Assembly: GCF_009914755.1 (NCBI RefSeq) | Contig: NC_060928.1 | Length of the DNA stretch: 64,000 bases | Direction: 5' to 3' (one strand) | Origin: the human T2T-CHM13v2.0 reference genome, Homo sapiens | In this document: in pieces, positions 27,974 to 42,220 of the stretch | How the letters are laid out: every line of letters begins with the position of its first letter | Position numbering within the stretch: the stretch's first letter is position 1 | The notes under the pieces: model-generated | What the model was told of the DNA's origin: nothing | Databases searched by the model: none | What the model saw: only the letters and a program-made list of their open reading frames with translations | Translations under genes and position numbers: made by a program

Positions 27974-28334
27974 TTTCGGGAAGTGCAAGATTACCCTATT
28001 CTCCAAAAAAAGGAGAACTAAAGATATAAACAGAACTAATGAATATCACATATCTAGAATTTCTGGGAGAAGATAAAGATTAAGACCAGAAATATTGAAA
28101 TACACAAATGGAATTAACTTTGGAATTCAGCGTCACTTTGAAGAGCAAAGAAGTTTCCACAGAATGTATTATAATTACCCAATGAACATAAAAATAGGAG
28201 TCTAACTGATTAACCATTACATTCTAAGTATCAAGTGCTGGGCCAGGCACTAATATGGTGTCTAATATTTATTTATTGGTTTGATACATGTTTGAGTTAT
28301 CTATAAGTTCAAGTATAAAAAGAGGGCCATATCA

Positions 28335-28637
28335 GCCAGGAGCAGTGGCTCACGCCTGTAACCCCAGAACTTTGGGAGGCCGAGGTGGGTGGATCACCTG
28401 AGGTCAGGAGTTCGAGACCAGCCTGGCCAACATGGTGAAACCCCATCTCTACTAAAAATACAAAAATTGGCTGGGCGTGGTGGTGGGCACCTGTAATCCC
28501 AGCTACTTAGGAGGCTGAGGTGAGAGAATCGCTTGAACCAGAGAGGCGGAGGTTACAGTGAGCCAAGACGGTACCATTGTACTCCAGCCTGGACAACAAG
28601 AGCAAAACCCCGTCTCAAAAAAAAAAAAAAAAAAAAG
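28335..28637 (+). mobile_element. AluS (Sq-like)
   Basis: Full dimer with ACAACAAGAGC; TSD AAAAGAGGG(C/T)CATATCA. Confidence 0.92.
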
Positions 28638-28778
28638 AGGGTCATATCAAAAATTGTCTCCTACACTGAAAATCCAGTTACTCACAAAGGATTTTCATAT
28701 AACAACAGGTATATGATATGAAATGTTAATGTTCTTTGGAAAAATAATTTTGTTCTACTATCTACTTCCTATATATGT

Positions 28779-29269
28779 TGTACCAGTTATTTATTGCTGT
28801 GCAGCAAGCCAATCCGTAGGGTAGTTGCATAAAGAACAACCAGTAGATAATATTCACAAGTCTGCAGGTCAGGTGGGCTGTTCTGCTGATCAGGTGAAGC
28901 TCTGCACATCTTACCTGAGATTGCTAGTCCTGGAAGCTGCGTGATCTAGAATGGCCTCACTCTTGGTGTGTAGTTTGGCTCCCAGTTTGCTGGGGTAATG
29001 AGAATGACTGAGTCATGTGTCTCTTACCATCTAGAGACTAGCTAGAGCCAATAATTTATGTAGTAGCAGCATGTGAAGCGCAACATAATGATAAGTACTA
29101 ATGTAGAAGTGCTTTTCAAGTCAGCTTGCATCATGTTCTGCTTGCTACTATCCTATTGGCCAAAGCAAATCTCATGGTCAAGCCCAAAGTCTGAATATAA
29201 GGACACTAACGAATGGCATGGATTCAGAAAGGTGTGAACAAATCTGAGTCATCACTTCAAACTACCATA
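28779..29269 (-). mobile_element. MLT1 (H-like) solo LTR
   Basis: TGTACCAGTTATTTATTGCTG...CTATTGGCCAAAGCAAATCTCATGGTCAAGCCCAAAGTC...CTACCATA. Confidence 0.65.
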
Positions 29270-30859
29270 AATAACTATCCAAGTTCACTATTATCCACCT
29301 AAAACTGATGAGCACATCTACAGAGTTCTTAGACAGCACCAAGACATATAAATTGCAGGGCCAAATAACAGTTTATTAATTTATTTACCACTTAGTCAAT
29401 TGCAAGCTAGGGTGCTTTTTAGGAGGACATGATATAACAAATACTAATACATTGGAGTAGTTTGAAATACATTTCCATGATAGAGAAATACAAAATTACA
29501 GAGGGGTATGACTAGAGTCATATTTTTGAGATATTAACCCAAAATTAAAGCTATTCTTATATTTTGTAACAAATATAAACAATCCAATATACTAGTAGGA
29601 TTGTAAAATACCTACTCAATTCTATATTATCCGTATGTACCAAAAAACGATATATTTTATAATTTAATAAAATCTAAACAATTTTGTATGCATTAGATAT
29701 TTACAGTTGTAAAGCGTAACTACTAGATACCTTAATTAACTGTACAATGCTTTATAATGCTGAGAAACTATCTTTTGAGTAAATTATATCTGTCTTGTAA
29801 AGAATCGCATTTTACTGTATTTCCTTTGGTTCTGACCTGTAATACAGTTCACCGATCTAAGATTAAAACATCAGAGAAAAATTTGATAAACCAATTATTT
29901 AGGACATAGAACAAACTTCCCTTCCAAAAAATTTCTAATTAACTACATAGTCATATTATACTAAACTTTATGCAAACATCTTAGATTCATCCAGGCTCAT
30001 GAGTCAAAGATTTCTCAATAGTCTTCTCCCTTATGGAAGTATAGACTCTAAAGACATCATTAACTGAAATACATACATGTTAATGTATTTATTTTCAATA
30101 CTGCAGTTAAATAGTTAGAGATATCTAAAATATATGATGATTTTGTCTTCTTGATGCATTTCCAAATACTATCAACACTTTTTGTACATTTTGTAGGAAC
30201 AAAGATAAAATTTTACAACAGGAATAATGATTGAAAAAACAGAAATATAGTGATAATGTACTTCATTTCTTAGATTATAATGTCTCCTTTTTTCCTATTC
30301 TAAGACTCCTTAGTATACATAATAATGGGCATGATAGCTGGTCCAATTCTGTCACTCATATCAGAGTGGCATCTCAGATTTTTGTTCTTTACTTTCTTTG
30401 TTGAGTTCAATCACTGGATACTTTAAAAATATTACTGTTACATCCTGTTACTGTCTTTATAGTAAATATCACATAGTTGGACATAAGTTTTACTATATTA
30501 GGACAACTCAGGCCCTAAACTGTCAGGATAATTAATACCAAAATTAGCATGAGTATGTTTTCTGATTTTTTTTTACATAAAATCATACACCTTTGAGCTT
30601 GGCACCTGAATTTAATACCATTTACCATCTACTTTCTCTTACATCCAGACATGATGATAGGACCTGATCTACCACTACTCTTTCTGTGTCCACTTGAAAT
30701 CACTTCCCTGGCCTAACGCATTATTGTCACTTTCATTTTCAGCCTTTTAATAAAATTTCAATGTATTAAAGGCTCAATGAAGGCAATTTTATCCAATTTA
30801 ATCCAATTGCACAGTTCAGTATCAAAGTAAAATAAGAATGTCATCTATAGTACCTAGAC

Positions 30860-31260
30860 TATCAGAGTTTAGAGGGAATACAGATCATCTAGGTCAACCC
30901 CCTAATTTTGCAGATAGGGAAATTGGGCCCAGAGAGGATGAGCAATTTATGTAAGTCACAGGGCTTATTAGTAGCACATCCAAACTAAAGATCAATTTCT
31001 TGATTCCTAATGTTGACTCTTTTTCCTATAATAAGAGCTATCAGTGGTTTGGCATTTATACACATTATTAATTCATTTACCTTTTACCATAATCTTATGC
31101 AATTAAGTACTCTCATTATTATTATCCCCATATCAGAGAGAAAGAAATATAAATTGACTTAGAGATGTTAAATAACTTAAACAAGTTAGCATCATCTAGC
31201 TAGTTGCTGATGAAACTAGAATTTTAATCTTTGTCTTTCCAAATTTAACTACTGCTTTTC
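30860..31260 (-). mobile_element. Two adjacent MIR fragments
   Basis: ATTTTGCAGATAGGGAAATTGGGCCCAGAGAGG and ATTATCCCCAT...AGAGATGTTAAATAACTT. Confidence 0.6.
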
Positions 31261-32622
31261 ACTGGAGAACAGGAAAGAAGGTGAAAAGCTGCCTATTAAG
31301 GAGTCAGAAATTGAGGAAGCTGGATTTTTTTCTGATTTTCAGGAGTGGCTACTGATAATGTCACTATCTTTGGGGGAAGATAGATAGTGACATTTTCAGT
31401 AGCACACAAAATTATGGTCTCTCAATATTTAACCTATCATTCAGCCAAACTGGGGTTTTTGCTGTCCCCATCTGATATTCCATGCGATTCTACTCCCATA
31501 AAGAACACTTCTCAACTGAGTGGTGATTATTACTGCTTTCTATGCTCTTAGAACACTTCATTTTTCTCATGAGTCTTACCGCATTTTTTCATGTAATATA
31601 ATTATCTGTGACTATTTCTTATTGTTTCTCTCTATAACCTTGTAGACTGTGAAGTCAGAGCCTGGTATTCACCACCTCTGTATACTTGCATTCTACACCT
31701 AGTTGGTATCAAAGAGACTTTTGTTGAATTGAAATAAAAGAGTAATTAATTGAGATTTTTTAAAGAAAGAAACATGGAAGATTATAGGGCTTCCTTCACC
31801 CATGATCTACCCTTATTCTCAAGTTCTACTGGTAAACCCAAACTTATTTTTCACCCAATGTCAGGACAGTGACAAAAGGTGGTCACACAATTTCATTTTA
31901 CAGAGGTTATATTTTAAACCAAGAAATTAATATCATTTGGCCTTTCTGCATGTTGAAACGCCTGATACAAACTAAGTCATAACACTTATATGAACAAAGC
32001 ATATCATTTTACTTACTAGCATGCCTTAGGCAGACAGAAATATTAACAATTTATGAACTTGACAATTGTTTCTCAGGCTGTTGACAATAGGATTTGGCTC
32101 TCTGTTTCAAAATACAGAAAAATTTTTATATGAAAATAGTACAAAATACCAATATTTCATGGTAAAGAGGCCAAGCAATAAACCTCTGAAGTAAAATCCA
32201 TTGGGTTAAAGAAGTTTATTTTAACATATTACTATAAGGAAGGCTTGTTTAAACTGTGAAATCTGATAATGGCCCATATTAGTATCTACCTGGAGAATAC
32301 ATGTGCATAAAGAGAAAAGAATAAGGCAATTAAATTATGTTGTGATTTTCCCTTATAAAAAAGAGTTGTGAATGAAAATGTGGAGTTGGTAAAACTTTAA
32401 TACCTTTTAACTTAGCCAAAATTGTATAATATTTGAAGATTTAAGTTATAATAAGTTTAAATTAAAATTAATAATCACCCTATGCAACAATGGAAAGTAA
32501 GAACCACCTAATATCCTATTATAGGCTTTCAAATTCAATAGGCAAAACCACCTGATTTTATATACTAAAGTCATTAAGCTCTAAACCTGAAAGTTGAAAG
32601 AAAAATAAATCTAACTATAAAA

Positions 32623-32947
32623 CAGTATGGTTTGGCCCTGTGTCCCCCACCCAAATCTCATCTCAAATTGTGTTGAGGGAGGGACCTGTAATCCCAACAT
32701 GTCTAGGGAAGTAGGTGATTGAATCATGGGGGCAGTTTCCCCCATGCTGTTCTCATTGATAATGAGTGAGTTCTCATGATATCTGATGGTTTTATAAGTG
32801 TTTGAAACTTCCTCCTTTGCTCTTCTCTCTCCTGCTGCCATGTGAAAAAGGTTCTTGCTTCCCCTTTGCCTTCCGCCATGATTGTAAGTTTCCTGAGGCC
32901 TCCACAGCCATGTGGAACTGTAAGTCCATTAAACCTCTTTCCTTTAT
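32623..32947 (+). mobile_element. MSTA/THE1D-like LTR, 3' end missing
   Basis: TATGGTTTGGCCCTGTGTCCCC...CATTAAACCTCTTTCCTTTAT, then stops before the ...TAATACA terminus. Confidence 0.85.
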
Positions 32948-32967
32948 TTAAAACAAACAAACAAAAA

Positions 32968-33091
32968 ATCACCCTCATGATCCAATCTCTTACCTCCCTT
33001 GACACGTGGGGATTACAAGTCCTTCCCTCAACACATGGGGATTACAACTCAAGATGAGATTTGGGTGGGGACACAAAGCCAAACCATATCA
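32968..33091 (-). mobile_element. MSTA/THE1D-like LTR 5' fragment, inverted relative to its neighbour
   Basis: GATGAGATTTGGGTGGGGACACAAAGCCAAACCATATCA. Confidence 0.85.
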
Positions 33092-33499
33092 AAACTCTGT
33101 AACTATTTTGAATATCAGTGATCTCCCCCAATCTCTTTTTGTTTTTCGTTGTTCTCAGGAAATAGAACAATTGTAAAGCAGAAAGTAAGGGTAAGAGTCA
33201 GAGCTGATGGCCTGGGGATTTGTTGAAATGTTATATAAGGAGCTGTGAGAACCACCTGCTCCTCCAGACTTTGTCTCCACCATAATGTAGTCAGGGATTT
33301 TTATACCAACCCCTGCAAGAAATTTACTCTGTGGAAAAATTGGACTGAAAAGATTATGGATTCGAGGACACCAAGCATGGTAGAAGGGTAGGGCAAATGT
33401 TGTAGCGTGAACACAGATTAAATAGTCAAAGTTTGCTGAATTCCTCCACCTTGTTCTTGGTACACCTGTAACCAGATTTATTCCCTTCAGCAAAAAATT

Positions 33500-34720
33500 G
33501 GCAATCCCTCTCAAGAGAAACTCAAAGTCTCAGAAAGCTCACCTACCCTGCAGACCTTTCCATAAACATTTAAGGACCTCACTCATAAATATATATTGAC
33601 ATTTGAGGAAAATATCCAACTTGAAAGAGAGAGAGAGACCAAAACAAACAGATAAAAGAAACTCAGAGAAAAACAGAAACATTTCAAGAAATAGAACAAA
33701 GCTTCCAATTAATTATAATTAACATTTTCAAAAAGATTAGAAAAGATATTGCATCATTAAAGAAACAATTACTTTGAAACAAGATGCTATAGAAAGAGAG
33801 AACAATGAGAACAAGAAAGAGCTCTTGGAAATTAAAAATATGTCAGATGAAATTAAAACAAAATTTTAAAGAAGTGCTGAGAGATAAAGATGAGAAAGTT
33901 TCATTGAAGTAGTATTAAAAAATATGAAGGCAGATAATAGGAGATAAGAAAATTTCACAATCAACCTAGGAAGCCCAATGTTTCGCTGACATGGGTTTCA
34001 GAAAGAGAGACAAAAGCAAACTTAGGAAAGAGTATTATCAAAGAAATAATAAAGAAAAGTTCCCAGAATTGAAGGAAATGATCCTCCAGATTAAGTAATT
34101 TCACTCCAAGACATGTAATCATGGAAGCTGAGGATTCTGGAAATAATGAGAAAATTCTTAAAACTTCCAGGGAGAAAATATAGACCCTGTGCAAGGGATT
34201 AAAAATCAGAATAGCATTGGGCTTCTCAACAGAAAACAATGGAGCAATATCTTCAAAATTATAACTGAAAACAATACCCATCCTAGAGTTCTAAAATCCA
34301 TCAAACTATCAGTCAGTTGTGGGAATAGAGTGGATTTTTCAGGCTTGCAAGTTCTCAAAACATTGACCTCACAAATACTGTATCCCTTTTCAAGATACTA
34401 CCGGAGGATGTGCTTCCTTATTACAAAGAGGTATAGTGATCTAGGAAGTAGGAATCTAACACAAGAAAAAAGTCAAGGAGTTCCTAAGGGGAGGGAGGGC
34501 AGTTACAGATCAGAGACGACAGCAAATCCAGAAATTAACAAGTCCGAAAGCAAGTAAGGTGATGGAGGGATCCAAAATAGAATTTCCTGGTACAAAATGG
34601 AACAGAGATTATATAACAGATTTGACTTGTGGAAAATTGAACATTGAAAGTATATTGGGGAGAGCAAGAATAATTAGCAATAGGCACATTGTTAATGTAA
34701 TTCAGAAAAATAAAAGATCC
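33500..34720 (+). mobile_element. HAL1 / ancient L1 ORF1 remnant
   Basis: GAGAACAAGAAAGAGCTCTTGGAAATTAAAAATATG and CAATGGAGCAATATCTTCAAAATT, ORF1p-like motifs with broken frames. Confidence 0.65.
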
Positions 34721-35051
34721 TCAATATCTGTGACTTTAATTCTTGTCTTTTCTTCTCCAGTGCCTAAGATAGTGCCTGGCACAAAAGAATCTCAATGAGT
34801 GTTTCCTGAATGTATAAATGAATGAATGAGTGAATAATAATAATAATAATAAACTTTGCGGCTTCCTCCACCAGCACCCAATGCAGTTACTTGAACATAG
34901 ACAAGTGCTAAGAATGTTTGTTGACTTGTATGAATGCAATTGTTTATTCAATTATTTGTTATTTATATTAATCAGTCTTCTTAGTGAAAGACAGAAATTA
35001 AATTTAAATTTGTTTGATCAAAGAAGGGTAACTATTAAACTGAAAAATTCT

Positions 35052-35402
<351 letters not shown>

Positions 35403-35946
35403 TCAAACAGAACCTGTTTCTTCTTGTCTCCTCTTGTTGGTTTCCATTTTCAGGTCATGTGCTGGAAAAGGTGTGTGTAAGTAGTTGCAGACTTAATCCC
35501 CAAGATGAGCAACATCTCTTTTTCTGTAGTTACTCAAAATCACAGAACTGATTCAATTGACCAACTTTTATCAATTTCCTGAGTCAATTATTGTGGCCAT
35601 GGGAGTGGAATATTCTGATTGGTTAGTCACACATTCAGCTCTAGAATCATGGGTCAGCCTCAGCCAAACCACAGGGTCTCAAAATCAAGGAGGGAGAGAG
35701 TTCCTCAGAGAAGACCAGTACACTGTTAACAGAAAAAGAGAATATATCTACCCAGCAGGCAAAAACAATTAGCAACTTTATTGAAAAACTGCACCTACTT
35801 TATCTTGACCTCTACTAGAGAGACAAATATTTCTCCAAAGAAGCCTTTCAAAACAAAATAGCACTGAGTATACTGTTAAATATGACTTCAACCTCATTAT
35901 ATCTCATCTCTGAACATTCTAGCTTCTTGGCATGTACATTGTGTAC

Positions 35947-36252
35947 TAGCACTGCTCAACAGAAACATAATGTAAGACACAAATGCAAGCCACATGTGGA
36001 ATTTAAAGTTTTCTAGTAGCCGCCTTTAAAAAGTAAAAGTGAAATTAATTTTAAGAATATATTTTATTTAATACAACATATCTAAAACATCATTTAAAAA
36101 CATAAATATGAAAGTTATTACTGTGATATTTTACTTTTTTTTCTGTATTGTCTTTGAAATTTTATATGTATTGTACAAAACAGTACACTTCAATTCAGAT
36201 TAACCATATTTCGTAATCTCAGTGGCTAGAGGCTATATTTGGCAAAGCAGTT
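35947..36252. mobile_element. MER33/MER3-like hAT-Charlie element
   Basis: GCAAGCCACATGTGGAATTTAAAGTTTTCTAGTAGCC...GTGGCTAGAGGCTA. Confidence 0.7.
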
Positions 36253-37399
36253 CTGGACTGTGAAAGATCTCATATACTACTAAGTAGAGTTTTCTTTTTC
36301 TCCCTCCTTCAACCAATTTCTCCTCTTAAAAACCTTCCCTTTCCCTTCTAGTAATTTTTATGCTTCCAATAAAGTAGTACAATGTATCAAACAGGACAAT
36401 GTTAATTTATTCACAGTCTTATAATTTGGAAAAGGGAAAAGAAGTGTTCTTTTTACCACTTTTCTACTTTTCAATTTTCTACTTTTCAAGAATAAGAGCT
36501 GAAATAAAATGGCAAATCACACTGGTGCTTTCATTCAGCATAAGTAAAAGCAATATGAAACAGATGATCCTGTCTTGATGACAATTATGGTACTACTTGG
36601 CAGGAAGAAGTGAAGAAAGAATTTGGCTTGTTAGCATTAAATGGCTGCCCAGATAGGTTCTACAAAGAATAGAGGGAGTGAGAAAAATCAAGTTACCCAC
36701 ACGCAGCTAATGAAATAGTTGCGTCATGCTGTTGGGGGACTCTCAAATGCTAAGATAGAATACTTGTTAGCACACCTTTATTCCTCAGAGAAGTCTGGTT
36801 TGCACACACTTTTGAGAATAAATCTTCAGATGTACTTTTTATTACATTTAAAAAGAAAGATTTTTTTTCTGTTATGAATCCCTTGATCCAAGAGTTTATT
36901 TAGGCACTTGGAGAATTATGTAAAACTTATTGCCAAAGCAGCATTTTCAATTAAAGCATAGGTTTCCAAGCACTCCTTAGGTTAAGAAAGATTTAAAAAA
37001 ATAAAAATAAAAAGCCCTCCAAAATGTCAACTACTTTGGGATAGATTTTTCATGACTTTCTCAGTTCAGACAAAACTACAGTATATATAAAACTGTGACA
37101 GAATTTTACTTTGCAAATTTAGTATGATTAGAATTTATATCCAACTATAAAAATTCAGTTCATTTTTCAGACATATCTTAAACAATTTGAACTCATTTGA
37201 ACTGGGTGATTTAATTTTAAAATGTCAATATTTAAGATATATACTTTATCATAAAGTATATCTTTTTGTCAGAAAGCAACACCTTACAAATAAAAATTCA
37301 ACAAACATTTTCACACCTAATGTTAGTCAAGTGCTATACCAGGTGCTGAGTCTTTGGAGATAAACAGAATCTACTCTTGTGTTCATGGTGGTTTGTCTG

Positions 37400-38165
37400 T
37401 AGTATTTGTTGCAGAGCATTTGTAAACCTTCTTTTTGGAAACATGAGTTTTATTTTTTCCTGAAGACTATCCCCTCTCCTGTTCTTAATTTATCTGCTTC
37501 CTATGGAATTGACTCCGCCCCGACTGCAAACTAGAGTAGGTGGCTCAGGACTGGCCAATCAGAACATCGAATCACCCTGGCCATAGAGATTGGCTCAAGC
37601 ACAGGTACACTACCTAGTCAGAGTCAATGAGACACAGTGAGATTTGGGAAGAGACCCTTCCTCTTTTCCTTTAACTGTGCTACAACTGTATTAATCCATT
37701 TTCATGCTGCTGATAAAGACATATCTGAGACTGTGTAATTTACAAAGGAAAAAGAGGTTTAATGGATTCACAGTTCCACATGGCTAGGGAGGCCTCACAA
37801 TCATGGTGGAAGGCAGCAGGCACGTCTTATATAGCAGCAGACAAGAGAGAATGAGAACCAAGCGAAAGGGGTTTCCCCTTATAAAACCATCAGATCTGGT
37901 GAGACTTATTCGCTACTATGAGAACAGCATGGAGGAAATTGCCCTCAGGATTCAATTATTTTTCACCAGGTCCCTCCCATAACACGTGGGAATTATGGGA
38001 GCTACAATTCAAGATTAGATGTGGGTGGGGACACAGCCAAACCATACCAACAACCGTCTTGCCACTACATGTAGTTTGAGAACAAAAACCAACGCTAAAA
38101 AAAAAAAGCTTACCAAAGGACAGAGGATAACCAAGTCTGTAATGAGCTTGTCTAAAGCCAATAAA
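37400..38165 (+). mobile_element. Old MLT1 (K/L-like) LTR split by THE1
   Basis: GGCCAATCAGAACAT...CCCTGGCCATAGAGATTGGCTCA motif. Confidence 0.5.
37687..38049 (-). mobile_element. THE1B/C solo LTR
   Basis: TGTATTAATCCATTTTCATGCTGCTGATAAAGAC...AAACCATACCA; perfect TSD ACAAC. Confidence 0.92.
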
Positions 38166-38786
38166 CTTGGAATAAAGGAGGAGAAGAAGAAAGTAAGCTG
38201 AATGAAGGCAATTAGGTTGAGGAGAAGAGATGTTGGAGTTTAGGAGAAGAAGAAATAGAATTTCAGCCAGATAAATACAAGACAAAAGGCAGATACAGCA
38301 TGATGAGTGGGGAAAACCTCAAACAGTTCATTTTGGGGGACATAAAGCAGTAATACTGGAATGATAAGTGAAAAGAGTGGAGAGGTAGGCAAAGAACAAA
38401 TGTTGGAAAATCTTATTTCCCAGAGTAAGGAACATCACGCAGGGGATGGCAGGATCACTGACATATTTTAAGCAGGAGAGTGACATGGCCATATTTTTGT
38501 GTGAAACAAAGTACTCTAGAGGTGTTGTGGAAAGGGTCGGAGGAGTCTAGAGACAAGAAAACACTTAGAAGTCTTTACTACTGTCTATTCCAATGACTAT
38601 AATGGGGCAGGGGCAAGGAGAAGGCAAAGGAGAAATGAAACATTTATCTCTTTATTTTATTAAATTGAAGCCTAAAATATTTTTAATCAAAGTAATATGT
38701 ACATATGATTTAAGAGTAAACTCATACAGAGTTGTTTACACTGAAAAAAGGATAGTCTGTTTTTGCTTTTCTCAAGCTCAGTCCTA

Positions 38787-39152
<366 letters not shown>

Positions 39153-39372
39153 CTATTTTTGTGGTCGGTCAGGACTGCCATATTTAGTTGTACCCTTACC
39201 AATCTGTACAACTCTTGTGTGGCATCCCTCAATTAGTGCCATATCTCTAAATTATATTTTCTTACCACCAATTCTTCACTTCAATTTTAGACATTATCAA
39301 GCTATCCATTTTCCCCTCCTCCTCTCTTTCAATAGATCCATATCTTAATACATTAAAAAATACATTTGTGAT

Positions 39373-39754
39373 TGCTATAGGCTGAAATGCATCCTCCCCA
39401 AAATTCACGTTGAAGTTCTAACCCCTAGTACCTCAGATTGTCACTGTATTTGGAGATAGGCCCTTTAAAGAGGTGCTTAAGTTTAAATGAGGCCATTAGG
39501 ATGGGCTGTAATCCTATATGACTGGTGTCCTTACAAGAAGAGGAGATTAGGACACGGACACGCATGGGGGGAAGAACAAATGACACATGGAGAGAAGGGA
39601 CATCTGAAAGCCAAGAAGACAGGCCTCAGGATGAAATGAACTCTTCCAATCTTGAACTTCTTCTAGTCTCCAGGACGGTGAGAAAATAAATTTCTGTTGT
39701 TTACGCCACCCAGTTTGTAGTTCTTTGTTATGGCAGCCTTAGTAAACTCATGCT
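39373..39754 (+). mobile_element. MLT1A-like solo LTR
   Basis: TGCTATAGGCTGAA...GACTGGTGTCCTTACAAGAAGAGGAGATTAGGACAC; perfect TSD GTGAT. Confidence 0.85.
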
Positions 39755-40199
39755 GTGATTAAAATTTTAGAAATGTGTAATATACTTTTATTGCCTGTTT
39801 CATCAACCACAGACAATATATTTGATTCTCCATTTCTCAAGATGAGGGTTTTTAGCACTCATTTCTGCTTGCTCTTTCTTACCCTCTCAATTTCTACTTT
39901 TCATTTTCTGTACTTTCACGTCAAGTTTGATAACATTTACAATATATTCTGTGTACCATATTTGAATCTTCTATGCTTTATTTATAGGTTGGTCCTAAAA
40001 ATCAGTAATCAATAAAAGTCATCTTCATGTAATGACTATGTTCACTGAGTTGCCAAGTAGTTTGTTTTTTGTTTTCTTTAGGTTTCCAATTGCCTTGTCC
40101 TTTTGCACTATGAATCCTAACAGAACCTTGAGGGCATTTTCAAGGATACTTGCAAACCTGAATTTCCCCTTTCCCCCAGGTACCTCCTCTGGCTGTCCT

Positions 40200-41600
40200 C
40201 TTTTCTCCTATTCCAATACGGACTGGCTACTTTTTAGGCAGGTAGGCACAAGCACTTTCTGTCCTTGCTGTGCTTGATAGGAGCCATGGGTGAATGCCTT
40301 CTCTTTCTTGGTTTACTCCTTCATGTAGTGGGATTATATCCTCCAGGAATTTCCTGGTAAAGGGTGTCTGAGTGCATTTTCTTAGGTTTTATATTTAAAA
40401 TTTTAAAATTCTGCCTTCATGCCTGATTAATATTTTTTATCCAGAACTTTGAAAAACATTGTTCCAAGGTCAGCTAGCACCCTGAATTACCAATGAAAAT
40501 TTTCATGGTATTTTCATTTTTATTCCTTTATAGGATTTTCTTAGTCCATTTTGTGTTGCTGTAACAGAATGCTACAAACTGGGTTTTATAAAGAACAGAG
40601 ATTTATTTCTTACAGTCCTGGAGGCTGAGAAGTCCAAGGTCAAGGGGCTTGTATCTTGCCAGGGCCTTCTTGCTGCATCATCCCGTGATGAAAGACCTCA
40701 TGTAGGAAAGAGGATGTATGTGGTGAGTGAGGGGTGGGTGGTAGCACAAACTGGCTTTTATAACAAACCCACTTTGAGATAAGGATGTTGATCCATTTCT
40801 GAGAGCAGGGCCCTCATGACCTGATCACCTTTTAAGGCTCCACCCCTCAGTATTGTTGTATTGGGAATTAAGTTTCTGACACGTGACCTTTGGGAGACAC
40901 ATTCGAACCATAGCAAGAACGATTTTAAAAAAACCTGGAAGCCCTTAAAGTTTCTTTATCCTTAATGTGCTGAAATTTTATAATGATATGTAGAAAGCTA
41001 AGTCATTCTCCATTCATTATGTGGGATATGTAAAAGGATCTTTCATTTTGATGACTCAATATTTCTGCTCTGGGAAATTATTTTTTTTTTTTGAAAATTT
41101 TTTCCCTTCCATTTCCCATTTCTCCCTTTCTTGTACCCCTGTCAATCAGGATTCATTCCATTTCTTACTTTTCTCTCATATTTCTCATTTCTATTCTTTT
41201 CTGTACATTGTGGAAGATTTGTTTATGTTTCAAACTATTCTACTGGTTTTTTTTTTGACTTAAACAATTATTTATTCATATGTATGTTGTAATACAATGA
41301 CTGTTGTTTTTCATAGCATCTTATTCTTGCTTTATGTTACATTTTTTTAAAAGCATATCTCAGGATAGTAATTCAAATTCATTTTAAGTTAACTTCTCCT
41401 TCCTGAATTGTTTCTTCTAGTATCCCAATCTCCTTCTCTTTGTTTACCTTATCCCCTATGTTCATGTTTACAGTTTCCTTAAATGATTGGTAACCCTTAG
41501 TTATACTTTTATATTTAACAATGAGATAATATAGAAACCTGTTAGAAACACTGTGTTCACAGACTGAGTTTCTAAACTAGCAATCTATGCTTTAAGGTGA
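40200..41600 (-). mobile_element. HAL1 / ancient L1 remnant (split by an MST LTR)
   Basis: T-rich reverse-complement ORF1-like sequence resembling 33500-34720. Confidence 0.45.
40537..40915 (-). mobile_element. MST-family solo LTR
   Basis: CTTAGTCCATTTTGTGTTGCTGTAACAGAA...GGAGGCTGAGAAGTCCAAGGTCAAGG...AACCATAGCA. Confidence 0.82.
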
Positions 41601-41639
41601 GCTGGTGAGCCAGAATGTGGAGGTCTTTGCTCTCAGGCA

Positions 41640-41715
41640 CTATTAGTCAGCTATTGCTGCAATTCTGTGGTAGAATACCTAACTCTCAAAACTCTGTGGT
41701 TTACAATAACAGCAA

Positions 41716-41757
<42 letters not shown>

Positions 41758-42125
41758 TCTCTCTCTGCCCCCACTCTGTCTCTCTCAACTTGATGGATTT
41801 GTGTAGTTTTTCTAGATTCAGGTAGACGTGGCTACAAGTTGCAAGTCAGGTTTACGTATGCTCCACCTGTTTCACTCTGGGATCCATGACTACTTAGGAC
41901 ATGCCTTCATCACAAAGATTTCAGAATCGTATAACAGCAAGAAGGCAACATGAAACATTAAAGCCTCTCCTTATATCACATTAGCTAACATTCCATTGGT
42001 CAAATCAAGTCACATGGCTGAGGCCAAAGTCTGTGAAGTGGGATTTTTATTCTGCCCATGATGAATCTTGGCAAGCACTGTGGGGATGGAAGGAAGGATT
42101 ATGAGCAAATCATATAATCTCACAC
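41640..42125 (-). mobile_element. Old MLT1 LTR containing (CT)n (41718-41766)
   Basis: TATTAGTCAGCTATTGCTGC...CCATTGGTCAAATCAAGTCACATGGC. Confidence 0.6.
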
Positions 42126-42220
42126 AGTTACCAATGGCTGTGATAAACTACCATAGTTTTCTCTAGATTATTTGCTTGATCCCTTTGGAGAGTAAATTAT
42201 ATTAAAAATAACTTATTTAG

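Larger units (their letters stand above)
25800..28050 (-). mobile_element. Ancient two-LTR MLT1 (MLT1I-like) element with shortened internal region
   Basis: Two similar LTRs (~25800-26202 and 27102-28050, the latter split), both starting ATTAGTTAG and containing GCAGTAATAAA/CCAGTAACAAA and AAGTGA(T/C)ACA. The junction GGTGCCAATTT-ATATTAG matches the THE1 junction at 8824-8845. Confidence 0.6.

Noticed and set aside
33961-34798. ORFs of 79-122 aa in an A-rich region
   Set aside because: Fragments of a decayed HAL1/L1 ORF1 with frameshifts; not a gene.
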